The notes beneath the pieces are model-generated. The model was not told the origin of the DNA and did no database searches. It saw only the letters and a program-made list of their open reading frames with translations. This document shows, one piece after another, positions 61,101 through 64,000 of a stretch of 64,000 bases of DNA (the first letter of the stretch is position 1; the number at the start of each line of letters is the position of its first letter). The stretch is taken from assembly GCA_030295235.1 (NCBI GenBank), contig AP026155.1, positions 496,001 to 560,000 of the forward strand, read 5' to 3'. Position numbers and translations under genes: made by a program. Origin of the DNA: Fistulifera solaris. Its lineage: Eukaryota.

Positions 61101-63101
61101 CCATCGATCAGGTCTTGCGCAACACGGACTACTGTTGGTGGATCTAGATTGTATACATGGGCCACCAATGCTCCGTATTTTGTTGGGTGTGGAACAACAA
61201 CAAGATCTTGATGCTCGCCTTTTATCAGCGCATTTCGAAGTGTCTGTTGCACTTCATGTGCATTGACTGAAACTTGTGCACAGGGTATCGCGACGAGAAC
61301 AGATGTGCCTAGTGGTGGACAGGTGGCCTTAAAGGTTCGCTCGATAGGAAGCATCGAATCATGCAGCTCGGGCAGACTTAATCGCTGTCCTAATTTGACA
61401 CGTAGAATCTTGTTTGTATGCGATTTTGGAAGTGTGTCCATGTAGACTACACACTGAGGCCACTTGGGCGCTGCAAGACGACCATCTCCCAAGTATTTGT
61501 GCAGAGCGGGAAGATCCAAACGGGGTTTATTTGGATATGGTACCATTACCAGTCCAACAACCTCTTGTAACAGGGAATGCTTTGCCGAGAATGCCACACA
61601 AGCGGCCACTAACGGGTGCCCATTAATAGCTTCTTCTACTTCCATGGGACTAATGATTTCGCCGCCGCGGTTGATGACTTCTTTCGCTCGTCCTGTGATG
61701 TAAAGGTATCCATCAGCATCCATGTACCCCAAGTCTCCGGTGTTGAACCACCCTCCTGGAAGAAAGGATACGATTTTCTCCGATGGACATGATTGCAAAG
61801 CCCCGTATCCGCGAAAGAGTGGTTCGGACCTCACACAAATCGGGCCTTCTTTCCCAGCCGCAAGAGGCTTTTGAGTCTTTAAATCCAAAATAGCGAGCTC
61901 AGGACCTACAGCTACCCCACTAGTTCCTGGTTTTTCGAGCTGATAATCCGCTGGAGGTGATGTGATTGGCATACATTCTGTCATGCCGTACGACGGAAGC
62001 ACATTTGCACCGAACGCATTCCGGAGCTGTCGCGCCAGTGATGGCAACAGTCCACCTGCTGCATTGGCGATCATTCGAAGCTTCTTAGGCGACGCGGCTC
62101 CATCAATAAGATAGCCCTCTGATACTCCGGTTTGCAATATGAGCTGATGCATAGTCGGAGCAGCATAGTACCACGTAAAGGACGGCGAGCCATCCTGGAG
62201 AAGTAATTGCCAGAAAAGACCCGGATCAAAGGAAGGGCAGCAAATTACGCATCCACCTGAAAAGATTGGAGAAAACACTTGTCGAATAATACCGCCAACG
62301 TGGAATAAAGGCATTAGGTTGCAGTTTGTATCTTGCGGCGTCAACTTCCATGAGAGCGAGATGCAAGTCGTTGCAACAACAACATCCGCCAACAGATGGG
62401 GAACGAGCTTTTTAGAACCTGTAGTCCCCGATGTAAAGAGAACTAACACTTCATCATTGTGCTGATTCGCTTGAAATCGTTTGTCCGAATACTGATCGCA
62501 CTCTCTTGCTTCCAGACCAAATTTATCTATGCATCGATGTGGCGGCCAAGATAATCGACATGATGGCGCCTCCAATCGGAACAAACCTGCCCACTTGGTA
62601 TCTGGAATGAGTCCAACAAGTGGGATTTTTAGCTTTTGAAATCTTTTGTGAAAGATCGCTGTCTCGCAATCCTATTATAGTATCGGCCCCAGATGTGAAA
62701 AGATCGGCTTCAAGTTCCTGTTCCGCACCAAAGGCATTCAGTGGCACACAACTCGCCCAGGTCGTCGTCACAAGAATCGCGAGTGCTAGTTCTGGTCCGT
62801 TCGGCAAAACGACAGCGATTCGATGACCTCGACCTACCCCAAGACTTCTGAAGACATTTCCACTCATTGTGATGCATTCATGGATTTGTTCCGTCGTAAT
62901 TGGTTTTCGCCCATCAGTCGAGGCAAGCGCAGGCTTGTGCACTCCGAGTGGAAGCGCTGATAGTAAGTCGGGAAAATGAGGAAGTATTTCCTGAGCAACT
63001 TGCCAGCCCGATATGCTTCCATTAGGTTGCAACAAGTGCTGAGATCTCTGAATCAGTGGAGCGAGAGTTAACTCGACCGCTTTTGTATCGGACGATGTCA
63101 T
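58195..63101 (-). CDS. Pls/PosA-like membrane NRPS: adenylation domain, carrier domain and three TM + left-handed beta-helix modules (about 6 frameshifts)
   Basis: LFTSGTTG, MPLFHVGG, SYGMTE, TGDLG..ITGRAKEVINRGGE, LPKSHTNK; carrier FFNTGGSSML; WGSYYLRWW; RALGAKIG, RLLGAKIG and RALGLKAG modules. Confidence 0.85.
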
Positions 63102-63587
63102 TGATTAAATGTAAGTTTACTTTAGAAGGTCTCTCCGTTGCCTATGTGGGGGTACAAGATGAAGAAGAAGACGTTGTTTCAAGAAGATGGAAACAAAAAG
63201 TGCGCAATCGTCGTCTTCGAGAAACGCATGAAAGGATGATCGACGGGCTCCGCCATTGGGGACAATTTTTCCGTTGGGCTCAATTTACCTATGTATTTTG
63301 TGTACAATCACTACAACCTTAATTTTTACTTAAGGATTTACCGAAATTTAGACCTGACGATGCACTAAGTATTTGCTGGTTCGTTGTTGGAAACGGAAAA
63401 GTTGTTAATGAGGTTTCTGGTTTCTAAACAAAGTGTACTGCTACCATATTTACCGATATGTCTTACTGCAATTGGACACGGTGAATGGACAGACCGTTAC
63501 TGAGGCGGTACATACAGCACAGGACGAAGTGGGCAGGGAGACAGGGCAACCAGCAGAAGTTGGCCATCTAAGATAAGTAGTCTAGGT

Positions 63588-63673
63588 CTGGAAACGCCGC
63601 TAAAATTCTCCCTCGTCGTAGACGCTACGTAGAATCTTGTACGGGAGGCAGAATTTTAACGTCCTTTCCTGTA
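63588..63673 (-). repeat. ~87-bp palindromic dispersed repeat (reverse copy of 35674-35760)
   Basis: CTGGAAACGCCGCTAAAATTCTCCCTCGTCGTAGACGCTACGTAGAATCTTGTACGGGAGGCAGAATTTTAACGTCCTTTCCTGTA. Confidence 0.85.
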
Positions 63674-63754
63674 AGAAGTGAGAACCCGCATAGTTCTGCA
63701 ATCAAAATAATTATCAACAAGAATAATTGTAGCCAACATTCTATAATTAGACTA

Positions 63755-64000
63755 TTATTTATAGTTCTTCTGCTTCAAAATCGTAATTCGTTCCATCAAT
63801 AAATCAAAATCAATATACGGTTCATAATGATGTATTGCTGCATCCACGCGATGTCTGTCTTCGGCGTTTAGCTTTGCTGTATACCCGTACATGAGCTCGA
63901 GAGACTCGTCCGTTTGAAAGGGCGTTATAAGAACGGGCGGAGCTTTCGGCATGGTGATGACAAAATCGGTGAGCTGATCCGATAGTGGGTAATCTGCACA
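63755..64000 (-). CDS. C-terminal end of a gene entering from beyond the window; resembles the helical tail of Pta N-terminal/DRTGG proteins
   Basis: Open frame to the window edge; YTAKLNAEDRHRVDAAIHHYEPYIDFDLL. Confidence 0.5.
   Translation of the reverse strand, partial: CADYPLSDQLTDFVITMPKAPPVLITPFQTDESLELMYGYTAKLNAEDRHRVDAAIHHYEPYIDFDLLMERITILKQKNYK

Noticed and set aside
2608..63101. Widespread pseudogenisation suggested by more than 20 frameshifts
   Set aside because: Most of the breaks I inspected are single-base indels in homopolymer runs, including in conserved housekeeping genes (NDH2, CCB1, SLT), and I saw no accompanying decay of motifs; long-read consensus error is more likely
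1..64000. tRNA or rRNA genes
   Set aside because: None recognised by eye; tRNAscan-SE or Infernal would be needed to exclude them

Overview
Gene-dense eukaryotic DNA, most consistent with a diatom or related stramenopile: short GT-AG introns, bipartite signal-peptide/'AF' plastid presequences and a diatom-style Ty1/copia element. About 25-30 protein genes are present, many broken by single-base frameshifts in homopolymer runs, which suggests long-read consensus errors rather than mass pseudogenisation. Highlights: (1) a compact four-gene cluster at 28.7-35.4 kb resembling a eukaryotic triuret/biuret nitrogen-scavenging pathway (TrtA-type and BiuH-type cysteine hydrolases with diagnostic residues, a secreted protein resembling the allophanate-hydrolase C-terminal/GGCT fold, and an NCS2-like permease); (2) a Pls/PosA-like membrane NRPS (A-T-[TM+beta-helix]x3) at 58.2-63.1 kb; (3) a chimeric copia insertion (8754-14640) bounded by two different LTRs within one 6-bp duplication; (4) a GH1/SGNH-esterase array with a 285-bp apparent gene-conversion tract; (5) a ~87-bp palindromic repeat in three copies and a recurrent intergenic TACCWGGTA motif. 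All family assignments come from recognising motifs by eye; no database searches were run.
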